The position numbers were made by a program, and so were the translations under genes. From Amoebophrya sp. A120 (lineage: Eukaryota > Protista > Dinoflagellata): a stretch of 64,000 bases of DNA. The notes under the pieces are model-generated. The model saw only the letters and a program-made list of their open reading frames with translations, had not been told where the DNA came from and made no database searches. The DNA is taken from NCBI GenBank assembly GCA_905178155.1, contig CAJINV010000012.1, positions 3,086,802 through 3,150,801 of the forward strand. The letters run 5' to 3'. Shown here one piece after another: positions 12,701 through 23,700 of this stretch. Position 1 is the first letter of the stretch. Every line of letters begins with the position of its first letter.

Positions 12701-15700
12701 CAAAAGGAGCCCTCTTATTTTGTCATGCACAAGCGCAGGAGTTTCTAATGCGCTCCACAACTACGCAGGAGGGGATGTCCGAAAAATTTGTCATGCTTGG
12801 ATGCAGCTTAGGCAATCTTGGCCACCCAGCTTCCCAAGTTTCCAGACAACATCCAGGGATATTTGCATTCGATAGCTGTAGACGGAGAGGGAGAACACAA
12901 AGAACAAGCGGAGGATCAAGAACATCATCCTGTTGGTAAAACGGTCCCTTCTCGTTTGTACACTTCGATGACAAGTGTGCTGCAGCCGGACACAGTGCAG
13001 AATTCGTTGCACAAGTTTTACAAATTTTTGACCAAGTACGAGAGGGAACTGAGGTTTTGCGCGAGCAAAGGGCAACCTGGTAGTTTTACAACTTCTACAA
13101 CCGCCGTCAGTCCGAGGACCACTCCTTCGGCCTGTTTATCAACTGCAAAAATTTCTGGGTCTGGAAAGTTGGAACTTGTAATTCTGGCTTTACATTCCTG
13201 GGAAATCTGTATTGCATAACCGACAAAAGCCGCAGCCATTGTTGTCATGCAAAAACGCAGTTCCTCATGACATGCGGGCTGCCTATGAGAAAGTGCTCCG
13301 GAAAGTTGTCATGCTCGTCTGCATTTGGAAGTGTTTCCATCATGCACATTTTAGCATCACAAGTTTCCAGACCCAGACATATGTGCATTTGATACTGTTG
13401 CGCACAATACAAGTTCTACCCGATCGCCCTAGCGATCGTCGTGGCAACAACGGCGTACTCCGTGTGGCTGCTGACGCTCATGCTGGACCTGCAGTCGCCG
13501 TCCAAGCCCTTTGAGTTTATGCCCGAGACGCACATGATGGTGGGTTTTCGGAAGGACGGCTAGTATGACACTGCACAACGCGACGTCGCCTTTCCCCTCG
13601 TTTGCACCGCAAAGCATGAGCAGCAATACAAACTGCACACGTGGAACCGGTGCGTCGTAAGTTCTTCATGCGCCGAGTGTTGTAGTAGTACTGTTAACAG
13701 TTGCATCGGGTGTCTTTGTCATGCAAAAGATGTTGCCACAAGACAGCCAGTAGATTTGGGATTTTGGTTTCTGTTTGGATAACAGATTTGAGGGGCAGTA
13801 GGGGACGGTGTCGTGCTCTCGCATAGCTACCAGATGTTTCTCAGTAGCGGGGGGAACCAGCAGTACCGGCCTGTGCACATCGTCTATGGCCTGAATGCCG
13901 ACGAGCCGCTGCAGAACGCGGATGAGTTTTCCAAGTGGTTTATCCTGTGTCAAAACGTCCCCACCCCAGAGTTGTCATGCAGAATTGCAATCACAGGAAA
14001 ATTTGTAATGCGCGTCCCCATGAGAGTCATTTCCAATCGTGTTATGCAATTTGTGACGCTGTAAACAGGAAAGCAGGATCGCTTCGTGATGCGGCGGTCC
14101 TTGCTAACCCGAAGTACAGAACAGAGGAATACTTGTCATGCGTGACTCCCAAAACTTCTGGATCTGTGTTGCAGAATTCCCATCTCTGTGGTGGGGACGT
14201 TTTTACACAGAATATGGTTCCCCTGGAAAACGAACGCGATTCCGAACTTTTACTTCTATCAAATGTAAAAATGTCTGGGTCTGGAAGATTGCAACTTGTG
14301 ATGCTGCATTTGGATGCCTAAAAAATTTGTCTTGCATGCGCAGCAAACGGATTCTAATTTTTGCTACGCGGAGAGGGCATCTGTCATGCGGAATAGGCAT
14401 CAAGAATCCCTCAAAAAACCTGTGATGCTAGGGCATGCATCACAGACATCTTGGCTCATGCAAACCGTGCATGACAAGTCTCAGCATCTTCCAGACCCAG
14501 ACATTTTTACGATCCATAACTTCGATAGCGACCCAGTTTCTGTTGGCGCGAACCCGAACCCCAACGTGGCGCAAACGAGGTCCGTCACGAACGTGCGCGC
14601 CGTGAGCCACGTGCTGCGAGTCGGGGAGCGGCTGAAGCAAACGGCCTGCGCAGACCGGCCGATCTGCAAAAAGCGGCACGTGTCCGGGAAGCTGTTTGTG
14701 CCGGAAGCGATGTCGTGCGGGATCCGGAACATGTTCAAGGTCAACTCGACCGCGCGGGACGATTTGGCCCTACCCAGGTTGGTCGGGGTGAACAACACCC
14801 CGGTGGCGACTCCGGGACCGCTGGGGGTATCACATGCAAAAATGTCTGGGTCCTCTGGAAGATTGCGAGATTTGTCATGCTAGTCTCGCATGACTCTGCA
14901 CTCTGTATTGCGTGGCCACCAAGAGGTCGGTCCTCTTGCCTGTCATGCAAAAGCGCAGTTTCTCATGCGAAATACGCAGCACAGAAACACAAAAAAACTT
15001 GTCATGCTTGGCGGCGCATGATTACAGAGCACTTTATTGTTCACGGACTTGCATCACAAGTTTCCAGACCCAGACATTTTTGCAGTTGAGAGGGGGCGCT
15101 GTATTACAACGTACCGGACGCCGTTCTGTTCCCGCAACCGCCCTATTAACTGCAAATGTGTCTGGGTCGAGAAGGATCCAACTTGTGATGCTGTCTTTGG
15201 ACGCTAAAAAAATCTGTATTGCATAGCCAGCAGGAGGAGTCCCGTTTGTGCTACGTGGAGGGGGCATTTCTCATGCGGGATAAGCATCAGGAGGCCCTGT
15301 AAAAATCTGTGATGCTAGGTCATGCATTACAGGCGTCATTGGTCTTCATGCAGAATATGCATGACAAACCTGGCAATCTTCCAGACCCAGACATATTTGC
15401 ATTTCATACGCCCGCAATCTTCAACTACAGCGACCCGGCCGTTGTGCAGCACCCGTTCTTCCCCGCGCCTAACACATTACCCTATGCATTGCAAATGTGT
15501 CTGGGTCTGGAAGGATGCAACTTGTAATGCTAATTCCGGACTGTGAAAAGATCTGTGTTGCATGATTATCATATACAAGTTGTCCACTTGTTTTGATCAA
15601 TGTGAGAGGAAGTTTCTCATGCAGGGTAGGCATGAGAAAGGTCTCGCCGAATCGGTCATGCTATGTCCTGCATGCAAGCCCTCATGGGTCATGGAAAATC

Positions 15701-17822
15701 TGCATCACAAGTCTTGCAATCTTCCAGACCCAGACATATTTGCATTTGATATACCCTCCGGGGAACCGATTTCCCTCACTAAACCCGCTTTCGTCGCGGA
15801 GGCGCACTACCGCGCGCAAGACTTTTCGTGGTCGGAGCACGCGCGGCGCGCCAGTTTACTCACGGAGGAAATTGCGTTGCGGGAGCGGGAAGCGCAGCAA
15901 GATGCGAACTTGGCGGAGGTGGACTGGGTGGAGCTCTCCGACAGCCGACACCCCGGGGAAACGAATTTTAGCCGAAAGATTTTTACCTTCAACGAGACGT
16001 ATTGGCGGAATATCGACTTTAAACTGTACGCAACCACGGTGTTTGCGCCGGTGCTTTCCGGGGACGGGGCGGGGGTGTCGTTCAAGGAGATGGATAGTCT
16101 TTACCACGCGGTCCAGGACATTTTGGACGAGGAAAACCAACACGCACCCGCGGAACTAGGGAAAGCCGTGCAAATCGGCGACTACGGGTACTACGTACTC
16201 AACCTGGAACTCCGCAACACGCTGTTCGGCGGCCTGCTGTTGATGATCCCGTTGTGCTTCGGCTTGCTCGTGCTCGCCAGCGGGAATGTGATCGTGTCCG
16301 TGCTCGCCATTTACAACGTTTCCTTCCTAACCATGCAGGTGATGGGCTACTTCAAGCTCTTAGGCTGGGAGTTGGGCTTGCTAGAATCCCTCGCGGGAAT
16401 CATCGTGATCGGACTGGCCATGGACTACACCCTGCATTTCTGCCACGTCTTTGTGGAGGCTGGGAAGATAAAGAAAGAACAAGTCGTATCCTGAGCAAAA
16501 ACGTCCCCACCCGCTAGTCAAGATGGGAAATCTGCTAGACAAATCGACAAGCTTTCGCTGTGGCGCATGACAAGTTTCCTCTCTTAGTGTAATCCTGTTT
16601 AGCTAGTTCAGCAGCATCACAGATCTAGCGATGCGTGCTGCTTGGAGCATCACAAATTACGAAACGCGACGAGACATCGCTTCTATCGGGGCTCAGCATG
16701 AGAAACATTTGCAGCATGCAGATTTGCATGACAGCTATGGGGTGGCGAGGTTTTTACATAGGATAAGGCGCATTGTATTCCGCCTCAACGCCGGCGTCAA
16801 ACTTGGTCGAGGACCCCGATACGACCGACACGTTTGAGAAGCCCCGACGGGAGCAGCGCGTAGAGCACGCTTTCTTGTTTATGGGTCCGACCATCTTTGC
16901 CGGTTTTGTCACCTCGGCCTCTGCCGGCCTGTTTCTGATGATCTTTAGCATCACCCCCTTTTTCAAGCAGATGGGCATCGCCATTTTCTTGACCATTTTG
17001 TATTAAAATGAAGAATCTCGATCTCCCCATATCAAAATGGAGATCTGTGATGCGGGATTTGTGTACAGAAATCGGCTACTTTGTCTTGCACTAGAGGACT
17101 GCAGGCAGGTGCGCAGCCTGAGGAGGGGCGTTTTGGTGTAGGTGCCTAGCAAGGCAGCCGGAACCTCTGTAGGCGATTGCAAATTTCTCGCACAAGAACG
17201 CGGCAGAGTCTGTGGACTTGCCTCCGTGCAATACAGAAACGATTAGTGGTTACAAATCAGCATCACAGCTATCCCTTTTTGGTATGGGGAGGGGGGCTCA
17301 TTTTTCCTCACAATATTTTGACTTCGGTTTACATGTCGCTGTGCTACCTGCCCTATCAAATGTAAAAATGTCTGGGTCTGGAAGATTCTGACACTTGTCA
17401 TGCACGTTGTAGCCATGATGTCTGTGATGCATCCCCTAGCAATAAAGATTTTTTGAGGGCTTCTTGATGCGTATTCAGCATGGCAAATGCCTTCTCAGCG
17501 TAGCAAAGACTGCCTTTCTTTTGGTACTCATGCAATACAGATTTTTTTAGAATCCAAAAGCAGCATGACAAGTTGGATTCTTTCAGACCCAGACATTTTT
17601 ACATTTGATATGCCCTGTCTGCTTTTGCTCTTCGGTCCAGAGCGACGCTTCGGGGATTTCAGCTACATGGGGGAGATTGTGGCAGAACGGGTCAGCGGCC
17701 GAGTTTCCACCGTGAGTACGGGTAATGGTACCACTCCTGGAGGTGGTGGTCGTGCACCAGCAGCAGCAGAGGGTGCGTCGCCAGAGGATGCGCAGCCGGA
17801 TGACGCGCAGCCAGCCGGGTAG
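9792..17822 (+). CDS. Dispatched/Patched-family (RND, sterol-sensing domain) multi-pass membrane protein; 15 introners
   Basis: N-terminal TM; IFTPQNLKAMCLLE; SSD-type motifs LAVGADNFFV and TSFTTAMAF; second half IGLAMDYTLH, GPTIFAGFVTS, YLPCLLLLFGPE. Confidence 0.9.
10149..10294. mobile_element. Degenerate, shortened introner, family B
   Basis: Relict AACGTC..CCCCAC / GGGG..GACGT TIR; element+5 removal restores frame YPSRHDVKE. Confidence 0.6.
10448..10711. mobile_element. Introner, family A
   Basis: TIR; DR GGAAC. Confidence 0.9.
10753..11024. mobile_element. Introner, family A
   Basis: TIR; DR CAAAA. Confidence 0.88.
12335..12530. mobile_element. Introner, family F
   Basis: TIR TATCGTACGAAAAAAGTGTTT / AAACAGTTTTTCCTTGCGATA; DR TACAA. 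Confidence 0.85.
12600..12874. mobile_element. Introner, family A
   Basis: TIR; DR GCTGT. Confidence 0.9.
13137..13394. mobile_element. Introner, family A
   Basis: TIR; DR CTGTT. Confidence 0.9.
13564..13825. mobile_element. Introner, family G (diverged)
   Basis: TIR TATGA..TGCACAAC-like; DR GCTAG/GCTAC. Confidence 0.8.
13941..14214. mobile_element. Introner, family B
   Basis: TIR; DR TGGTT. Confidence 0.9.
14257..14518. mobile_element. Introner, family A
   Basis: TIR; DR ACTTC. Confidence 0.9.
14828..15091. mobile_element. Introner, family A (ends AGA)
   Basis: TIR; DR GGGGG. Confidence 0.88.
15144..15408. mobile_element. Introner, family A
   Basis: TIR; DR CGCCC. Confidence 0.9.
15483..15751. 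mobile_element. Introner, family A
   Basis: TIR; DR TACCC. Confidence 0.9.
16487..16765. mobile_element. Introner, family B
   Basis: TIR; DR AGTCG/AGGCG. Confidence 0.88.
17001..17315. mobile_element. Introner, family C
   Basis: TIR; DR TTTTG. Confidence 0.88.
17354..17610. mobile_element. Introner, family A
   Basis: TIR; DR TGCCC. Confidence 0.92.
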
Positions 17823-18093
17823 TAGAAGGGGGAGGAAAATGCGTGTTTCTGGTGATGGAGGAAAGAAATAAAAGAGAAATTTACTATTCGCGTTTTTTGT
17901 TTCGTACCCTGCGCGCTGTGCTAAGGAAAAGGAAGTAGAGAAGAACTGCGCGACCTCGTCGTGCTGACCGCCGCCGGCTTTTGGATCTAGTCTTAGTTGT
18001 CGGCACGGGGTCGGTAGTACGCCAAGGGGTATTACCGAAAAAGTCCTGATTTAATTGTACCGACGGTTATTTTATTCGATGAGTGTGATGTGG

Positions 18094-18115
18094 ATCATCA
18101 TCATCATCATCATCA
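18094..18115. repeat. (ATC)7 microsatellite
   Basis: Seen directly. Confidence 0.85.
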
Positions 18116-18660
18116 GTACAACAAAAAAACCTGTAGCGCGTGTTGTTTATGCATGGTACAAGATTGCGTTTTTCTTCTTGCACAAAAACGAGAAGATGGA
18201 TGGTCTAAATTGCTTTGAAGAAAAGCAATCTTCTTCTATCACTACAGAGGTACGTAGTGGAAGTACTAGACTAGAGTTGCTAGTGGAATACTGCAATGTA
18301 CAGGTAGTAGAAGTTGTACTCGAAAAATCGGTTGCACGACGGCATCATTTGCAATTTCTTCCTGCGCGTGCAGGGGCGCACCGTAACAATCACACTCACT
18401 TCCATCGGTCCCGAGCAGCCTGTGTCATTTTCCTGCTCGCTGCTCTCGCATCCATTTTCGGTTTAGGAGCCTCCTGTGGAAATCTAATTGGTTTCATCGG
18501 AAGATTGGTGAATCTGCTTCTGCACTGGAGGGAAGGTAGCATAGATAACCTTATTGCAGCCAAATGTCACTACTAGAAGTTTTGATGCACCACCGAGCGA
18601 GACGATCTGAGAATAGATTGATACTGGAGAATGGGCGGCTTGTGATCTTGAAGCAGAAAG

Positions 18661-20401
18661 TATCCCACCAAAAAAATCGATCATACTCATACAGGGCCGC
18701 AAAAAGCCCAAAAATCGCTATTTTTTCAATTTTTTATTTTCAAAAATTTTTCGCGGTGTCCGGCAGACCCGGGCAGCCGCTTCTGTTTTGGTGCTCTTAT
18801 GACGTAAATATTGCGCGGCCTATCTTCTTTGGCTGCTTGGAGTAGTTTCGCTACTCCAGCAACTAAGAGGCGGCAGCAGGCCGAGTAGCTATGAGGAGGC
18901 GGATGCTACTCCAATAGGGCCGTCAGACAAACCACAAAGAAGATGGCGCAACTACTGGAGACCAATACCATTGCGCGGCCCTGTCCCATTGATTTCGTTG
19001 GCGTTATGGCCATGGGCCTGCATTTCTGGGCACATGCCGAGGAGCCCGATACCCCGCCTTGGCCTTACTTACCACCAGCTCCTCGTCGGGATTTTAACTG
19101 CTTTGCCCCCCCCCAGACCGGCAACGCCGTCCAATCTGGAGAGACTGCTCGCGCACTTTCTGGCCCCAGATGAGCTAAGGCAAAGTGGGCACATGATTGG
19201 CCTCGAAAAGACGGCCATTGCATGCGGATCAAAAAAATCGATCATATCACTTTCGGGCGCCGGAGACCTCTTCCGGGCCGCCCCATCAGCGGAGTCGATT
19301 TGCTGAACTTCCACAGCTGAATTTGGCAAGATTTTCGCACTTTTTCGAAGTTCGAAAAAATGCCGATTTTCGATATGATCGATCGGCCTCAAAAAATGGC
19401 CGTTAGCTCGGTCCCAAAAAAATAGATCATACATTTTTGCGAGTATGATTAATGCCATTTTTTCACTTTTTTCAAATTTTCTAAAAGAAAATGGCAGCTT
19501 TTGGCATATGATCAATTTTTTTGGGCCGCTGCTATGGTGAAAAATTTGCAAATTTACAGTTTTTGAAAAAACGCCAATCGCGGTGCTACGGCGCAGGTCA
19601 GCAAATATGATCGATTCCGGACTCAGCTCGTGCTAAAAAAAATTGATCATACCGCAAAAGCTGTCAGCTTTTGCCGATTTTGCCACGTTTTGTTGGCCGT
19701 TTTTCCACGTTCTCCGCACTGAAAATTGCTGTTTGAGATGGCCTTTTTTGGTCCCGTCCCTGGTCGATCGCTCTGGCGGCGATCCTGTGGAGGCGTGCCA
19801 GAGGATGCCACCGGAGGTCTGCCCAAGAACCCCAGAACGCCTCAAAATAGAAGGCCCAGCCCTTAGGCTTTTGCGCGGCCCCCAGCACAACCCATGCATG
19901 TTTGTCGCAGCACCGTCTCAGCGGGGCTAGAGCTGGCATCCTGAAGGCCATTCCTTTCCTCCTGGGCCGAGCATGTGCCAGGCTGCGTGGATCCTTTGCC
20001 TCCATCCATGTGACAGGCTTGGGAGCGGGAGTTATGAGAGACAAGCGCCCGACGGCGGGGCCGGTAGGTGAGGAGGGGCTTGGACCGGTAAGAGGGGGCC
20101 GGCAAGAGGCCGAAGAGCAGAGCCAGGACAATTGTCGCGGGCGACATATCCGCGCCAGTCGCCTCCTCGTAGCTAGTTGAACTACTACAGGCAGCCAGTC
20201 CAGAGCTCAGCAACGTTGCCGCCCAAGCAGAATGCTCCAGGCCTTACCTCCAAGCCATGCAAATTTTCCGCCGAAAAAGAAAAATCGCTGCCGAAATACA
20301 GGATTTTTGTTAAAAAAGCGCAGGCTTTTTTCAAAAAAGTAGCATTTTTTGTGTCTTGAATTCGGCCAAATATGAGTATGATCGATTTTTTTAGTGCGAT
20401 A
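18661..20401. mobile_element. 1741-bp intergenic TIR element with TAT...ATA ends (long relative of the introners)
   Basis: Left end TATCCCACCAAAAAAATCGATCATACTCATA; reverse complement of right end TATCGCACTAAAAAAATCGATCATACTCATA; DR GAAAG at 18656-18660 and 20402-20406. Confidence 0.9.
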
Positions 20402-20724
20402 GAAAGTACACGACGTAAAAGACCTCACTTGCAACCACCAGACTGCTGTACTTTTTTTAACCACGTGTGCGTGACAAAGAGTTTGTACTTTCCAGGTTTT
20501 GGTAGTATCAACAGTTTTATTGGCTCGAAATAGATAGAAGCCGTAGTCTACTTCACCAGCGCACGAAAATCAGTTTACACTTTATTTCCCCTTTCACACA
20601 AGCACGTTTCCGACGATTTACGCGACTTTTCCGGCGGCTGTCTGTCAGTCGTGAGAGACTGTTTTCTTGAAAAGAACAACGCATTGGGAATAATATAAGA
20701 GCTACTTATAAACAAAAGGGGAAA

Positions 20725-23700
20725 ATGGAGCATCAAAGGCAGGAACAAACAGAGGAGAGGGGGATGAACAGCAAACCTGATGCGGGCGAACAGCAGATCT
20801 ACTACTTCGGGTATGGGTCGAATATGGGCGCCAAGTCGCTGAAGGGCCGAAAATATCAAATGCAAATATGTCTGGGCCTGGAAGGTTGCAAGGGTCTTTA
20901 TCATGCACATTTTGCATGAGTGATGAGGTCTGTGATGCGCAGGTCCTAGCATCACAGATTTTTTGAGAGAGCTTCTTGATGCTTAGTTATCACGCATGAG
21001 AAATGTTGCCCTCTTCGCGTACCAAGAACTGAACTCCTCTGACTGCTCATGCAAGACAAATATTTGATAGAATCCGCAGGCAGCATCACAAGTTTTGCAT
21101 TTCCTTAAAGACCGAGACATATTTGCGCGCGATACAAAAATCCTTCGGGACTGCGAACCCGACCGAGAAAACGGGGGCTGCGTATCCCGTGTAAAAACGT
21201 CCCCACCCCATAGTCATGTTGGGAACTCAGCAACACAAATCCACAAGTTCTGGGCGTCACGCGTGACAGATTTTGCGCTGTATTGGGGTGCAGGTTAGCA
21301 AGGACAGCCGCATCCCAAATCCATTTTTCTGTCGTGTATACAGCATTACATATGCCAAAACACAACTGAAGGTGCCTTTCACAGGGAGGCGCATTCCAAG
21401 TATTCCTGCGCTTGCAAAAAAGAAAATAATCTGCATGACAACTTTGGGGTGGGGACGTTTTTGTTTTTCCTTAGGATACTGAGTCGTGGTTCCCTACGAT
21501 ACGAATCTTTATCAAGTGCAAATATTTCTGGGTTCGGAAGAAAATAGACATCTATGCTGCAGTTTTTGCACCTGCATAAAGCAAGGAGGTCTACTAGTAT
21601 GCACATGGAGCAGCAACATGAGAAGTTCTGCGAAGTAGGCGTCTTCTTGATATGCACTCCTGCACCATGAAAAATCCCCACTCCTAGAGACAAGAGGAAT
21701 CGCACTTCTGTTCTGGACTACGCAAGAACACAGATTTTGTTTGGCTGTTCCAGAAGCAGAATTGGCATCACAGGTCTGCACCTTTGCAGGAGACCCAGCT
21801 ATGTTTGCAACGTATAAGAATATTCGTGATGGTCATCTACCCGATTTGATTCCCGCCGGAGGTACGACAGCATCAAAAGCGAAGGACGGTGACGGAGTTG
21901 CAGCTGCAACTGCAACAAGCGACCCTGACACACAACTTCTATCAAATGTAAAAATGTCTGGGTCTGGAAAATTAAAACTTGTCATGCTAAATCCGAATAA
22001 TGCAAACATCTGTGTTGCATGAGTGCCAAAAGCTGTCCACTTTCGACCAAGTTGGGAGGGAGTTTCTCATGCGGGATAGGCATGGCAAGGACCTCACAGA
22101 CTCTGTCATGCTAAAACCTGCATTCCAGACCTTATGGGACATGGAAAATCTGCATGACAAATCTCGCAATCTTCCAGACCCAGACAGTTTTACATTTGAT
22201 AACTTCCTAAGCCAACCCATCGGACGGTGCCAGCCATCCTGAGGAACTACCAGTTGATATCAAAATGTGAAAAATTCCCCCTCTTCAGAGGCATCAACTG
22301 GAAATCTGTGACGCGGGATTTGTGTAAGTACTTACACCGTTCAGCTTTGTCATGCAGTAGAGCACTTCTGCAGGCAGATGCCCACCCTGGGTAGAGCGGG
22401 GTTTATTTGCCGTAGGCGTGTAGTATGGTAGACGCTCCTTTCCCTGTAGGCCTAACAGCATCGCAAACGGCGCAAATTATAATGCAGCTGACCCTTTTGA
22501 TTTGCCCTCTGGCAACATCAAGACAGTCATATCAAATCGACGGCGCAAATCTGCAAATCCGTGCTGTTTCCAGTCGAGGAGGGGGGATAATTTTTCCGCA
22601 CGATAGTTGACCTTTGACCTGCCCGGCTTCCCCCTGGCCGAGCTATCAAATGCAAATATGTCTGGGTCTGGAAACTTGTGATGCAAATCTACGAATTGTG
22701 GGCGCAGTACAATATCAGCCCAGCATGACAAGTTTTTGCGCTGCTGTGTATTTCGTTTTTCGCATGACAAACTGCGTTTTTGCGCGACAGGCAAGAGGCC
22801 CTTTTCCTGCTTCTGTATCACGGTCTTGCTTCCAGACAAAACACCAGACATATTTGCAATTGATGCGAGCCCTCCTGGGCCAACATCCAGCGGGCGGAGA
22901 ACGCGGAAACGCAAGGAGTGTTGATTACGCTTTGCAAATATATCATCTGGGTCTGGACTTGTGATGCGAAACTTCCAGGACAAAAAGATCTCAGATCTTT
23001 CTGTGATGCATGACGAGGAGTAATGGCGAGATTGATACTTCTCGTAGTGGAGGGCAGTTCGTGGTTCTAGTTCTAGACGCAACTGCGGTCGCAAGAAGCC
23101 ACGGAATAATTGTCATGCTGGTAAAAGAAGCGCCGCACAAGGGTACTAGCTTGTGCGTCGTACGAAGAGAGTAGACCACCATCCCATGACAAATTCGAAT
23201 TGGCTGTGTCTTTCCGGACGCCCAGGGACGATATTTGCTTTCGATACTGATTATCAAATGCAAAAATGTCTGAGTCTGGAAGAGTGCAAACTTGTCATGC
23301 ATGTTTTCCATGCCCCCCGAGGTCTGCAATGCAGCACCTAGCATGAGAGGTTCTGCGAAGTCTCTATCATGTCTGTCCTGCATGACAAACTGCCGCCAAT
23401 CTTGTTCAAGCGTGGACACCTTTGGGTGATCATGCAACACAAATTTTTGCACTATCCAGACTTAGCATGACAAGTTGCATCCTTCCAGACCCAGACATTT
23501 TTGCAACGCATACTGATCGAGATGACCCGAAAAGACTTCGACGAGAAAATTGTGGCCACAGAGCACCAGGCGTATCAGGTCATCGAGGTCTCCTGTGAGG
23601 TCGATGTTGAGAACAATCCAGTTTTCTTATCATTTGTAAAACTTTTCGCACCCCAGAGTTGTCATGCAGATTCGCAATGACGGGAACATTTGTAATGCGC

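Noticed and set aside
18943-20213. Transposase inside the long TIR element
   Set aside because: Only short overlapping ORFs with no recognisable DDE, HTH or zinc-finger motif
20510-20550. Dinoflagellate spliced-leader relic (TTGGCTC, CCGTAG)
   Set aside because: Fragments are short and in the wrong order for CCGTAGCCATTTTGGCTCAAG
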